34,367 nucleotides of DNA from NCBI GenBank assembly GCA_030167865.1, contig JALAGF010002631.1:1-34367 (forward strand), read 5' to 3'. The notes under the pieces were generated by a model. The model was not told where the DNA came from. It saw nothing but the letters and a program-made list of their open reading frames with translations, and ran no database searches. Below, piece after piece: positions 1-13,282 of this stretch (position 1 is the first letter of the stretch; every line of letters begins with the position of its first letter). Both the position numbers and the translations under genes were made by a program. This DNA comes from Craspedostauros australis (taxonomy: Eukaryota).

Positions 1-765
<765 letters not shown>

Positions 766-1678
766 GCGGTCTTCTCCCTTGTATCTAGAGAAGGACGAAT
801 CAATCACAGAGCCACTGATCGGCCTTCGTTGATCCGTTGCGTCGGCATCATGAAATCAACCACTTTGGACTCCTGCCACGTCATGTCTCAAAGGCAGCGG
901 GCGGCAACGAACCAGAGCACATGCATGCCAGCCAGATGTGATGAAACAAGGACACAAATACCACCAACACCACCACCATATCATTTTCTAAATAAATTTG
1001 TTGTACACACACCTGTCCATCTCGGCCCCATGTTGGGCCTGTAATGTTCGTGCCCATGTTGCGAAACAAAGTCGAACAAAAGCCAAGAGACAAAACGAGA
1101 CGACGCTTCCCACCGATGTTGGATATGACGTCACGAAATACGATTGCTTCACGATTCAATAGTCGAAGTGATCCAGCAAGTCGAATGCAACAGAATGCAA
1201 ACCACAACCACCAAACTGGACGCGACACAGATTTCCGAAACTGGAAAAAGCCACGCAGAACCGACGCGAATCGCATCATGAACGAAACCTTCGAAATACA
1301 CAAAACACACACACCTGACACAAGTCGTACAGAAGACACCAATCACCAAGGCGTCGTCCACGGAGGGGTTTCATCATCGACAACGCCTCCCATCGGGTCC
1401 ACTGCCAGCGTTCGTTGCGAGACAACGATACCAGCACTTCAAGGCATTTCCTCTCCAAGAGCATTCTAACCGAGGTCGACTCCAATCTTACGAGCAAGTA
1501 CCGGCGGTGTCTCTGGAAGAGGTTGAAGGAACAGCAGGTGCAATTCAATTGCAACAGACAGCTTAGTCACGACAAGGAGAACACCTACTCTACTTTACGC
1601 TACTCTGCAAGCCACAACAGCGACAACCACGACTACAGCCACAGCTACAGCCACCTCTTCTATATAGAGCTGTGCATC

Positions 1679-3925
1679 ATGGGTGTCCAGAGCACAGAGG
1701 AGGCCGCCGAGCTGGTTGCCACCATCCGATCGCAGCATGTGGTCATGAAGACATGGTTCAACAGCGACCAATCGCCGCAGGTGGCTTCATTGCGCAGCAC
1801 GCACGGCTCCTACCCGAAGCTCTGGAAGGAGGTGCTCACCTGGAACGGATGGAAGGAGGCTCGGAGGGCCTTCCTCAGGGCGCAGCAACTCAAAGAGTCC
1901 AACGGTTCGTCGCCGTCCTCTCCTGCGCCATCTCCCGTGCCAAGGAAACGCAAGTCGCGGTGGGGGACCTCATCCTCGCCACCGTCTGCGACGCCAGACA
2001 GCGCCAATGGCGACGGCGGTTCCAAACGCCGATCTCGATGGGGCAGGGACGCACCCGCAGGTGGCAGCAGCACCACGCCCATTCCACGTGCATCCAGTCT
2101 GCCAGGTGCCAAGGCCATCAACCTGCCAGGCATCCCCACCAACCTCCCACCGCAGCAACAGGAGGAGATGCGTGTCAAACAAAAACGCTTGAGGGAGGTC
2201 AACGAGCAGCTCGAGAATGTCGACCGGGAGGCTGCCCGCGTGGATTCGTTGCCGCGCGGTCATCGGGAACGATCCCCATCACCGCCGCCAGGTACGTGCG
2301 AGCAAACAAACAAAGGAATGAATGAATGTGTCCATGTCCGATGTTCTGCTGTGTTGTTGCATGGGTATTCTGCTGTTAACACGTGCTCTGGTTTACCTTG
2401 CCGACTTGCATCTTGCACACTGCCATTCGTATCATCTCGTTCTCATCCTTCCATTTGTGTGTCACACCATCTCCTTTCCAACGTTTGCACCAACCCAACA
2501 CGCAATCTCAATTGCACAACAAACACACTCTCATTTATTCCACGCTGACACAAACATCAACATCAACACCAACTTATCCAAACAGTGTACGGTGCCGACG
2601 GTAAGAGGAAGAACACTCGCGCCGTTCGCTGGAGGCAACGACTGACGAATGAACGTCAAGATATTCTCGAGAATCTCATGAACATGAACCCCGCCACACG
2701 ACAGAGCGGTCTGTTCCGCAGAAAGCACGTCAGAAAGGTGCGCATCCCGTTAGATGAGCATCCGCAGTACAACTTCATTGGCCTCATCATCGGGCCACGT
2801 GGTAAGACGCAGAAGGAGCTGGAGGCAAAGACCGGATGCAAAATCGCAATCCGCGGAAAGGGGTCCGTGAAGGATGGCGCGCGTGGCCGTCGCGATGGCA
2901 AGGTCATGGATAGCGACAACGAACCGTTGCATGTGGTCATCACGGGCGAGGACGCACGTTCGGTCGGTGCCGCAACCCAGATGATCGAAGAGATGCTTGT
3001 GGTCATCGACGATGAGAGGAACGTGCACAAGCAGCAGCAGCTGCGTGAACTCGCGTTGTTGAACGGCACCCTCATGGAGGATCAGTTCTGTCAGATCTGT
3101 GGCGAGAAGGGACACCGAGCCTTCGAATGTCCGAAGCGCTTCGCCAAGAACAAACCGGCATTCGCGGTCAAGTGTGCCATCTGCGGTGACACGAGCCACC
3201 CGACGAGGGACTGCACGCAAAAGCCAGCAGCGAGCAACACCAGCCAGAAGGAGATGGATTCAGATTACATGTCGTTCATGGCGGAGCTCGATGGTAAGAA
3301 GGTGGAGAAATCGAGCGACCAACCTGCCGACATCAAGCCACCACCAGGAGCCGCTGAAATTTCTCCGCCGGTGGCAGCTGGAGCCTCGCCTGCAGCAGCA
3401 GTAGTTCCGCAACCACCAGCCTCCATGCCGGTCCCTCCTCCGTTAATGAATTTGCCACCCCCACCGATGACATCACTCCCACCTCCGCCACTAGTAGCTG
3501 GTGGAGCCCCACCGCCTCCGCCCCCACCCATGCCACCGAGCAGCAATGCATCTTTGCCACCTCCTCCACCGGCAATCGCGGCGGTGGCAGCATCGCCCGG
3601 TGGAACTGGCGCACCTCCTCCGCCACCGCCACCCCCGCCGCCTCCTGCTGGGCACTTTGGTCATGGTGCGGTGCCACCACCACCTAACAATCAGGGATAC
3701 TATCCGAACAACCAACCGCAACAGCACCAGGGGTACTACAACCAGCAACAACAGCAGCAACCGCCACCCCCTCCTCCGGGACAAGGGTACGGCGAAGCAA
3801 CACACGACGAAGGTGGCAGCGGTGCGGCTTGGAATTACGAGAGCTACTACGGCACTGGAGACAGCAACGGCGGAGGTGGTGGCAGCGGAAGCGGTTTCAA
3901 CTGGTGGGATCAGAAAGCGGAGTAG
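1679..3925 (+). CDS. SF1: Splicing factor 1 / branchpoint-bridging protein; exons 1679-2291, 2586-3925
   Basis: Intron 2292-2585 (GTACGT...AACAG) joins in frame to give RSPSPPPVYGADGKRKNTR. Also present: RKRKSRW ULM, KH-QUA2 domain (NFIGLIIGPRGKTQK; KQQQLRELALLNGTL), two CCHC knuckles (CQICGEKGHRAFEC, CAICGDTSHPTRDC) and a Pro-rich tail. Confidence 0.95.
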
Positions 3926-4769
3926 GGTCGAGTACCAGCGAAGCATGTAGAGTATCAAGTCTGGTACTCCAGTATCTTGTACGTAGATCACGCGCAACAT
4001 AGTATTATTATGCCATACAAGACACAATCACATTAGCGCAGGTAGTCGCAGCATCTCCTCTTCTTTCGCTTGCGCCAAGTGTTGGCGCACGACTACTCGT
4101 AGCTCGTACATAAAATATGTGGTATCATACTCGTGGCGTGTATTATACGTAGAATAAGGTCGAAGATCGGTTGGGCAGCTTCTCCAACAGTGTGTGATGC
4201 TTCACTGATCTACATCGGATGGAGTAGAACGATATTGGAAGCCCGAGTAAATATGCAATGCCGGTGTTTTTGGACGGACGCACATAAGATATGATGATTA
4301 ATATTGTGGAAACATCTCCGTCATTGCATGACGGAGTCATCTGCCCCTTTTTGTGACGCGTATGTTCGGGGGTGACATCGGCAGACGGTATCTTCCAGAT
4401 TTCCAACAGCATCTTGCACGGAATCAAAGACATTTCCAAGTGTGCGCACGGACACAACAGGACATGCGCGCGCATCTAAAAACAACGAAGCCTCGATGCG
4501 ATCTTCGTCACCGAGCAACAACGACGCGCGAGGAAGAGAAGAAGCGGAACGAGCGCCAAGGAATCCAACGAACGACTCGGGAGGAGACACCACCACACTC
4601 GCATCTCAAGCAACGAAGAGAGACGAACATTCACGCCAAGATCCTCGTAACTTCAAGGCCAAGAGGTCAAGAATTCAAGCAACTCACCAATCCATCCATC
4701 CGTTCATCGCGCAGCTCTACCACCATAAATTTCACATTCCACCAACACGCAACAAGTATTCAATCAGCC

Positions 4770-6143
4770 ATGTTCCGAATCGCATCCACCGCCCTCAAGC
4801 GCTCCGCTGTCCGCGCCTCTGCTTCCAGCAACGCCGCATTGCTGTCTGGTGTCAGATCCTTCACCAGCGCTGAGGATGCCACCACCGCTGCCGATGCCAG
4901 CAAGCTGAGCGGATACCACGACATCGACTACACCATCAACGAAGATGCTACGGTGTTTGACGCCGTTCAGAAGTTCGCCGCATTCAACATTGGATGCCTG
5001 GCAACCACGGGTGTGGATGGTACGTACGAATATTTTGTGCCGCACGTGTATTGTCAGAATGACCGTGGCCAGGTGATTGTACTCGTGCCTTGCTGCGTTT
5101 TATTGTTGCGCCATGCTGGATTCCACCGTGTTGTTCTTCTTTTTTCGTTGCTTCGCCGAGCTGTCGTTCCGAGTGGCTGGGCGAGGCGGACGCAAAGCGC
5201 AATGAACAATACGAAGGTTTTGGAGACATTTGCCAAATTGCGCCTTCGGATTTGTGCAATGCCATACCTCGTGGGTACGCCATCGACATGAACAACACGG
5301 CCGCGGCACGCCCATGCCTCACAGTGACATGCCCGATCATGTGTATGCACATCAGCACGGATCATGAAGCGGACATCGCCATCTTGGTGGAATTGCGCCG
5401 CAAAATAGATGGCGTGTGATTGTCACCACGGCGCAACACGGCATCCCAGCAACATTGCGACGCATCAGTTCCATGCATCCACCACAGTTGATTTCACCAT
5501 CAAAGCAAACTCTGACCTCATTTCCTCGATGTATCTTTGCTGTTGTCGTTGCCATCGTCATGGTCATTCTCCCTCATCCCATCCATGGATTCCGATACTG
5601 CTCAATTACATCATCATGCAATGCCGCGCAACTGATGCAACGTCATTCGATCCAAACAACAAACAACCAACAACACACGAACAACAACGATCCCAAATGT
5701 TCGATACGGTTTACATTTTTGCTTTGAATTGCTCCACGTTCGACGCGCAACGTCCAACATCCAATCTCAAATATCACATGTCCAAATGCTCCGCAATCTG
5801 TATTTTGCCAACAGGAAACCTCACTGGCGTCGTCTCCGAACGTGACTACATCTCCAAGATCGCCCTGCTCGGCCGCACTTCCAAGGACACCACGATAAAG
5901 CAAATCTCGACGCCGGCCAGCAAGCTCGTCACTGCCAAGCCAAGCGACTCCGTCGACGCGTGCATGGAGAAGATGTTGAATTCCAACGTGCGCCATCTGC
6001 TGTTGGTGAGCGAAGATGGTGAACTTCACGGAATGATCTCCATCAAGGATCTGGTCAAGTCTGTGGTCAAGGAGAAGGAGCAGACCATCCGAGTCCTGTC
6101 CGATTTCGCTCTCGGCAAGGGAGGTCACTTCGGAGCCGAGTAA
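4770..6143 (+). CDS. Mitochondrial tandem-CBS (Bateman) domain protein, CBSX3-like; exons 4770-5019, 5815-6143
   Basis: N-terminus MFRIASTALKRSAVRAS...VRSF resembles a mitochondrial presequence. Intron 5020-5814 (GTACGT...AACAG) gives IGCLATTGVDGNLTGVVSERDY; the second CBS has NVRHLLLV...GMISIKDLV. Confidence 0.88.
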
Positions 6144-6801
6144 GCGCGCTACCTTCGCATGCACGTGCATACGCATACGCAAATATCTATACGTACACAA
6201 ATGTACACATGCATATGCATATACAGGAGTCAACCAAGAAAGAAAGAGAGGCTGAAGAGAGACGGAGGGATGCTTGATGTGCTTCTTTAGGTCATGCCAC
6301 GGCGCTCAACTCCCTTGCCTTTCGTTCGGGGTGGCCCGCGAGCCCAACACTCTATTGGAACGTATCTCCGTGGAAAGTGATGGCGCAGTGGTCCGTTGCA
6401 CATTAGCACAGCGCACTGTTACCATGGCTGACCCTCGGAGCAAGGAATAATTAGCTGGCACATACATACTCGTACGCGTGTGTGTAGCGCGCCAAGGCGG
6501 AGTAGAGTAGCGCTTTTTGTTTCGACGACAGCCGGGCCGCTCTCCTCAACTTGCCGTACTGAGCAAAATCATCACAGGTCGTAGTCCATCGTTGCACCAG
6601 GACACTCAACTGTCTCTCCGACACGGTATGGCAGAAGAAGCCAATGTTCTTCGTACTCGCGCTGGGCCATGTGAGCTAGTTGTTCAAGCAATAACATGGG
6701 CACCGAGAGATGAGCGGTGTAGACGCCAACGGCAGAGTGCTAACCACCAAACACCACACACGGCCATACCGCTGGGTCGAACGTGCATGGTACCATTCTA
6801 C

Positions 6802-6816
6802 TAGTAGTTGTAGTAT

Positions 6817-6853
<37 letters not shown>
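6802..6853. repeat. (TAG)n microsatellite, about 12 perfect copies plus degenerate 5' copies
   Basis: Directly visible tagtagtag run between the convergent CBS and BTF3 genes. Confidence 0.95.
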
Positions 6854-6854
<1 letters not shown>

Positions 6855-7134
6855 CAGTGACGGAAACAAACCACGACGACGTCTGCAACTATTCTTGGAT
6901 TGCCAAAGCTGTTACAGGTGGATGTTGGGCTGCACAGGTTCATGCACACGCAACTCCGAGAGGAGCAACGGCAAAGGCTGGGCCATCAACAACCATACGA
7001 GCTACAGAGAGGCGAACGGATCCGCGCTACGCAAGTATTATACCGCAACATGCTCATGCCATCTCTTTGTGTTAATCCAATATTATTACCTTTGCTTGTT
7101 CGCGAGCTCTTTTGTTTACTTTGAGCGGAGCACT

Positions 7135-7629
7135 TTACTTTTCGGAGACCTCCTCGAAGTTGCCTTCCACGAGATCTGGGACCTCATCGTCGTCGTCACC
7201 CTCGGTCGCCCCGGCGGCAGCGGCGGCGGCTGGAGCCGCTTGTCCTGCCATGGCCTGGAGCTGGGCCAAGTTGTCCATACCAAGCTGAGAAACGATCTGC
7301 GGCAAGAGGTCCTGCAATGGCTTTGTCTCGGATGGTCCGGAGATGATGTACGTGTTGGCGGCGATGGATGCCTGGACCTTTGGGTTGACGAAGTGGATGA
7401 CCTTGCCGTCCTCCTTGAAGAAGTTGACCTCCTCGATTCCCGGAATGGAGGTGGCGCCGAGCTTTTTCAGGGCTGTTCCGAGTTTGGCGTCTGACTGTGC
7501 GGCAGCGCTTCTCGTGGCAACCTTCTTCTTTCGGCGCACACTTCCCTTGCCACCGGTGGAGGTGGTGGCACCGCCAAATCGCTTGGCGATCATTCGTGCT
7601 CTTGCGGCAGCCAAATCAGCTTCTGTCAT
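7135..7629 (-). CDS. BTF3: Nascent polypeptide-associated complex beta subunit (BTF3/EGD1)
   Basis: [52 protein letters not shown] and C-terminal [14 protein letters not shown] are hallmark NAC-beta motifs. Confidence 0.96.
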   Translation of the reverse strand: MTEADLAAARARMIAKRFGGATTSTGGKGSVRRKKKVATRSAAAQSDAKLGTALKKLGATSIPGIEEVNFFKEDGKVIHFVNPKVQASIAANTYIISGPSETKPLQDLLPQIVSQLGMDNLAQLQAMAGQAAPAAAAAAGATEGDDDDEVPDLVEGNFEEVSEK

Positions 7630-9295
7630 CTTGCAAGGATTATTAGTATAGAATATAGAATGTCACGGGGTTGCTGTTTGCGGGTGTGTGGAAATGAAAT
7701 GATCGAATCAAGTCTGTTTCCAATGTTGCGTTGTTCTGAGCTGAATCTGGTTGTTCCGAAAAGTGTTGAGAGGCGGAAATGAAACCACAAGAGGATTTGA
7801 GAGCGAGAAACGGCGAATGGGAAAAGGGAGACAGACGAAGTTTGTACATTTGCGTTTGAATGTGTGAGTATGAGTGCGTCCTGCGCAAGAGTGGGAGCGG
7901 CAACACGTTCGAATGCAGCTGAAGAGTTCCTTCCACAAGATTTGCGGTAGCTGATGTTTCGGGGCTGCAGAAGTGCTTCTGGGAAAGGGGACGTTTTGGG
8001 CTGCTGATACTGTTGTTGCTGGTGACGTCTGTAAGATGCAACAAGCTCAGCATGGTGTGTTCTCGATTGGGCTGGCTGCTTGTCAATTGTCCTTGTTTCA
8101 TCCACGAGAACCGTTCAACAACTTTCCGCGGCGTTGAGTTGTTGGTGTTCGTCTGTGCACGTTGCGTGGCGTCGCGTCGCTGTCAGGGGTGCTCTCCGCG
8201 TATTCTGTTCCTGCGTGATTTCGCAAGGCGATCCCGCCGGACAGATCACCCAGTACTCCACGCCCTTCCAACTCAACTCAACCCAACCCAACCCAGCCAT
8301 CCTATCTTATCCTATCCTGACGTTTCAGTTGCTGCTGCTGTCGCTTGCGCCTTATCTTTCGATGCAAACCGAGGCACCTATTTGAGCCGTTGATGCTGCC
8401 GCTAATTCCCACACCACCATTGTTGCACAGCTTTCTTAGCCCTCGATCGCCATTTTCGCTGTCCACCAGCACTGCCCCCAACAACCCCACATGAAACCGT
8501 CCCGCTGACTTTGATTCGCAACACTTCGCCCATCCATCAACACCCAATACCCGATTCTCCGCCACACCAATTCATCAAAGGCAAGGGTCCTCCACCATGC
8601 TGATTCGGTCGACGGATCTTGCCGTTGTTGTCATCATCTTGGTCCGCATCGCGCCACCCTCACCTGCCTAGTTTTGCCTCCACCTGGTGGACGCTCGTCG
8701 TCAACCGCAACAGCCAAAAACCACAGGCACCACCAACAAGACCGCAACACAACGAAAGACACGACAGCACGATCAACAACGACAGCGACAGCGACTGAAA
8801 CAGCAAGAACAACAGCGACACCGCCACAACAACGCGAAATCGTCCACTTACTAATTTTCTTGGTCTGGCCATGACATCCACGATCCCAACCGTGTTTTTC
8901 AATTCGTGCACACAAGACAGGACGAGACCGATTGACCAGTCTGACTTGCAGGAATGTGCGGTTCACAAATCGTCTCCACACAGATTCCTGATTCTATCTT
9001 TGATTGGATGGATCGCGAACACCCACACTAAATGTACATTTGTGGTAGTATTGCAATGTTGTTCGCTGATGATACGTCCATTATCGTACCATTGTGCACA
9101 TCGACCAAACCAAACAAGAGGACAACAACTACCACCAATCCCTCAACGCGGTAGGTGCCTGGATGACCTTGTGGTGGGTATCTCCATTGTTAGCTCGGAT
9201 AGCGGTGCAGCCAGCATACTTGTACCATCTGTACTCGTACAGCGCAAAGCATTAGCTACAGCGATAGCAAGTGCTGCACTCTGCTATCAAGTACT

Positions 9296-11466
9296 ATGTC
9301 CAACATGGTGGTGCAAGACCAGAACGAAGCGACGGTGGCGGCAATGGAAGTGGAGACGGATGGAAGCAGCAAGAGCAAGCTCAACGACGAAGATGCCGCC
9401 GCCACCGCCGCTTCAGATGAAATGGAAGACATCGATGATGATCAGCTGGAGGAATACCGCGAGATGATCGACAACTTGGGTGAATTCCCGGACAAGGTCA
9501 AGATCAACACGCTTTCCATGATCGCAGAGGATTACGCCGACTCCAAGCACAGTGCCAAGCTCATTTACGGTCGCATCTGCGAGCAGTTACGTTCCGCGGA
9601 GGTCAAGGGCGCGCGCAAACTGCCGATCGTGTACGTCATCGATTCCATCCTGAAGAACGTCAAAGGTCAATTCACGTCGCTTGTGGAGGAGGATGCCGCA
9701 TCATGGATCCCGATCGTGCACCGGTCCCTCAACGATGCTGGCAAGGGCAAGCTCAAGAAAGTGTGGAAACTGTGGTGGGAGAAAAGGGTGGGATTTCAGG
9801 AATCCAAATGGAAGGCCATGGGCGCATGCTTCGATGCAGCAGCTGCCGCTTCTTCTGGCGGCAGTGGCGCTGCTGGGGATGGCAGCGGAGATGGAATGGA
9901 GGCAATGATATCCAACGATGACAGCGATCCGTATCCATCGATTGCCGGTATTCCACGCAAGGTGAGTGTCTGCAAAACGTCGCAATGGCTCTTCACCGAA
10001 TTCTTAGAACTGTTCTGCGACTACGGTTTGAAACATGGCAGCAGGAGATGCCATGTCGTGGCATGTCTTGTGTCATATTGCCATCTTCTATCGCACCCAG
10101 CACTACTCTATCCATCAAACGAATACGAATACTCACACCAACGCTTACAATCGCTGTTCAAACTACACTGGCGCGCACGCATGGGATACGTATCATGTCA
10201 AAACAACGACGATGACAATGATGGCAATGACGTCCCAATGTTGCTCCAACGTTGTTCCAACACTACTCCAACAAATAACAGAGCGATGGCAGTCTGGTGC
10301 TGAGCACAGCACTGCGAAATGCGATGCAAAGCGTGTTGGATGAAATGCAGAATGATATGGAGAATGAATTGGAGAAGGTTTCGTTGGAACGCGTCGCAAC
10401 TATCGACCCCAATCTGCTGGCGAAGATCAAAGAAATCGCGGAGGCCAATGTGACAGCTGGGGGCTTGGGATCGGCAGCCATGGTGGACTTGACAACGACA
10501 AACGCGACGAATGCACATGATGATATGGCGTTCCTGATCGAAAAACGATCACCGGCCACGATAGCCGAGTCGGAGGCATGGCTCAAGCTGGATCTGAAGA
10601 TCGAGAAGGAGGTGGATGAGTTGATGGCTTCTCTCAACAAATCCATCGCCGATGGATCGTCGACTGAGTCGCGATACACCCAAACAGAGGCGCTGGACAT
10701 GTCCAACTGTCTTGCTGTCGGCGCCGTGACCGCACACCTTCTCGAAGGCGCGCTGAAGCAGCTCAAGATCGAGGAAAAGGCCACCGAGAATGACAAGCAG
10801 AAATCTAGCACGGTTGCTTCCGTTGGCTTTCAGCAACTCCCGAAGGCGTACGCCATCGACAGGAAGCTGTTCACGCAGGATGGTCTCAAGCAGAAGAACG
10901 CCGCCGTCATCGGCATGCTTTACGAGGTCGGCCTGCCCTTTGTCAGCTCATCGGACGGTCGACGATTTGCATCGCAAAGGGCGCTGTCCGACCACATGGA
11001 CGCGTTGTTCAAAAAGACGCAGCTGGAACGCGCCATGACGGCAACGGAAGAACGCGGATGGTACAGCACGGATGATCAGTGGTGCTCCAATGCATCCGCT
11101 ACTGGCAATGATCCTGCCACCACCAACGCTCCGAATACAGCTGCCTCCGCACAACAAGGCGACAGCGGCGCCACGAACCAGAATCCGGACCTGGACGCTG
11201 ACCCGACCACAAATCCCGATGCCTGCACGGTCCCGGCCGACGAATCCAGAGACCGGTGCGCCATCTGCGGCGTCAACTTCCAAATGGTCTTCGACAATGA
11301 CGACGGCATATACAAGTACAAGAATTGTCGCGAGATGGACGTGATGAACGACGACGTCGCAGAGAGGGAATCGGAGGAAATGCTCGTTCACGTGACGTGC
11401 TGGAAGGCTCTTGGTGCGCCGGATGTCTTGACGAGGGATCAGATAATACACGATAACGCCGTCTAG
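9296..11466 (+). CDS. PCF11: PCF11-like cleavage/polyadenylation and termination factor; exons 9296-9961, 10282-11466
   Basis: N-terminal CID domain (KINTLSMIAED; KLPIVYVIDSILKNV). Phase-0 intron 9962-10281 (GTGAGT...AACAG). Clp1-binding-like RGWY...W segment and C-terminal C2HC finger VPADESRDRCAIC...NC...HVTC. Confidence 0.88.
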
Positions 11467-11471
11467 CGATC

Positions 11472-11536
11472 AACTGAACTGAGCTGAACTGACCTACTCT
11501 GAACTGAACTGAACTGAACTACTCTGAACTGAACTG
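11472..11536. repeat. (AACTG)n pentanucleotide repeat with ACTCTG interruptions, immediately 3' of the PCF11 stop
   Basis: aactgaactgagctgaactgacctactctgaactgaactgaactgaactactctgaactgaactg is visible in the sequence. Confidence 0.85.
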
Positions 11537-11931
11537 GATGAAGCTGGGCTTGACAGAAGGTGTGAAAGTATCCACTGTTGGTCGTATCTCTGATGTCTCC
11601 CAGGACAAGTCAAGCCTTCGCATTGCCGCACACATCATCGACTAAATCGATTCTGTGATAATCTAGTCGAGAAAACAAAACGCATTACCGTAACCCCCAG
11701 AATCCATGCAAAGATCTTGATGGCCTTGAGGAGGCGACACGACCACCACTGACCATGACATGATCACCAACATCACCACAACTGTCGTCATCAACTCAGA
11801 GAATGGAACACGACGCCGCAACTATCATCATCAGTCAATAACACTTGTATGCTGCAGTATTGTATTATATCATACCATACGGATAAGCGTCTTCATCGGT
11901 TCACACAGCTCTCGATTCTTCAACCATCACC

Positions 11932-13029
11932 ATGCTGTCGCGCGTAAGCAGCAGCAGTCTGCGAAGGATCGGGCGGCGCATTCCCAACCGCACATTCAGC
12001 TTCAGCTTTGCTGGGCCACGAACGCTGGAAGACATTCTGAAGAAGGAGATGGTTGAGGACAAGTCCGCAGCTGAGGTTGCAGACATCTGGGCAAACTATC
12101 ATAGCTCCAAGGTACGTGTGCTTGTTGTTCTCGCTTGCAGTGCCTGTTGTTGTTGTTGTTGCTTGCGTTGTGCCAACTCAAACGAAGATGCACCAAAGTA
12201 CTATTGCGCAAGACATGCATCCACTCATCTCTCCGTATTTTCAATGCTTTCGTCGTTCCAATCCTTACTATGCTGTATGATATCCACAGGAAAATGTGCA
12301 TGGGCTAGTGCTGAAGGCGGGGAAGGTGAAGTCGCTGCTGTCACGAGCAGCGCAAAGGTGAGCAAAGCCATCGCAGGCCGAAGGGACCAGAGCGGCTGCA
12401 AAGAAATGTACTCGAGAATAGGCTCGATTCCAAGCATTGTTCGAACCGAGATCGCCTTGGTCAAGCCCTCGAGTTGAGGTGATGTTGCAAGGAGTCAAGC
12501 AGGCACGTCCAATGCCATCGATCTCACACACGGTCCACCCCTTTCCGCATACACATGCGCACGCATTTCCACGCTATGCCACGTCACACCATGCCATGCC
12601 ATGCGCTTCCACAGCCCATTCTTTGTGCAACCCGTCTTCCGTGAGGACGGCTACTTCATGATGATATCCCAATTCCAGGAACCGGCCCATTTTCTCATGG
12701 CCTACCTGGAGGACTACAAGATGGATCCCGTCGCTGCCCAACCCTTGCTCACCTTCAGCGTCTTTGATGATTTTGCAGAAGAGAAAGAAATTGTCCTCGT
12801 GCGTGCGGATGTGCTGAATCGTGGGTTGGATGATACGGAAGGATTGAAGGTGGTGCGGAACATGTTGGATGTCTATGCCGACGATGCCGAGTACGAATCG
12901 GTGCATGCCTTCAACAAAGCGCCGGACCAGTTCGATTTCGATGACTTCGTGTCGCGGCAGAATGAGAAATGGCGAGCTGAGGCGGGGATGGCAAAGGACG
13001 ATGACGACGACGACGACGCTCAGAAGTGA
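11932..13029 (+). CDS. ATP11: Mitochondrial F1-ATPase assembly factor ATP11/ATPAF1; exons 11932-12111, 12290-12357, 12615-13029
   Basis: Arg/Ser-rich presequence followed by LEDILK...EVADIWANYH. Introns 12112-12289 and 12358-12614 are GT-AG and join in frame to ENVHGLVL...SRAAQSPFFVQPVFREDGY. Also YLEDYK and AFNKAPDQFDF. Confidence 0.9.
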
Positions 13030-13282
13030 GTGCTTGTCGGGTGTTTGGCAAGTACTGTACGAGTACAGGCATGAGTGCGAAAGAATAATACAGTAGAAGC
13101 ACACAGAATAAGTACGACTGTCGACAAATGCTCCTCCACTGCGTCCATGGCGACGCTCAAGGCAACATGAGTAGAATACATGAGTACCACTACTCATTTA
13201 TCTCTTAACTGGGATGCGAAACTACAAGTCCACTGGATTGCTCCGTGGGTACACGCATGCTTCAAAAACTCGTGGTGCACAT

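Noticed and set aside
1415-1678. N-terminal extension of SF1 in the ORF track
   Set aside because: It starts at a non-ATG codon and looks like UTR; the first in-frame ATG is 1679.
6157-6225. Alternating purine-pyrimidine tract in the CBS 3' region (Z-DNA candidate)
   Set aside because: It is interrupted and AT-rich, and similar gcat/gtac low-complexity tracts occur throughout the UTRs here.
6240-6520. GC-rich intergenic stretch considered as a structured ncRNA or riboswitch
   Set aside because: I could not identify tRNA, snoRNA box or TPP-aptamer motifs by eye; an Infernal scan would be needed.
13026-13031. GTGAGT donor-like site overlapping the ATP11 stop codon
   Set aside because: The ATP11 domain is already complete and there is no convincing downstream coding exon before the convergent gene.
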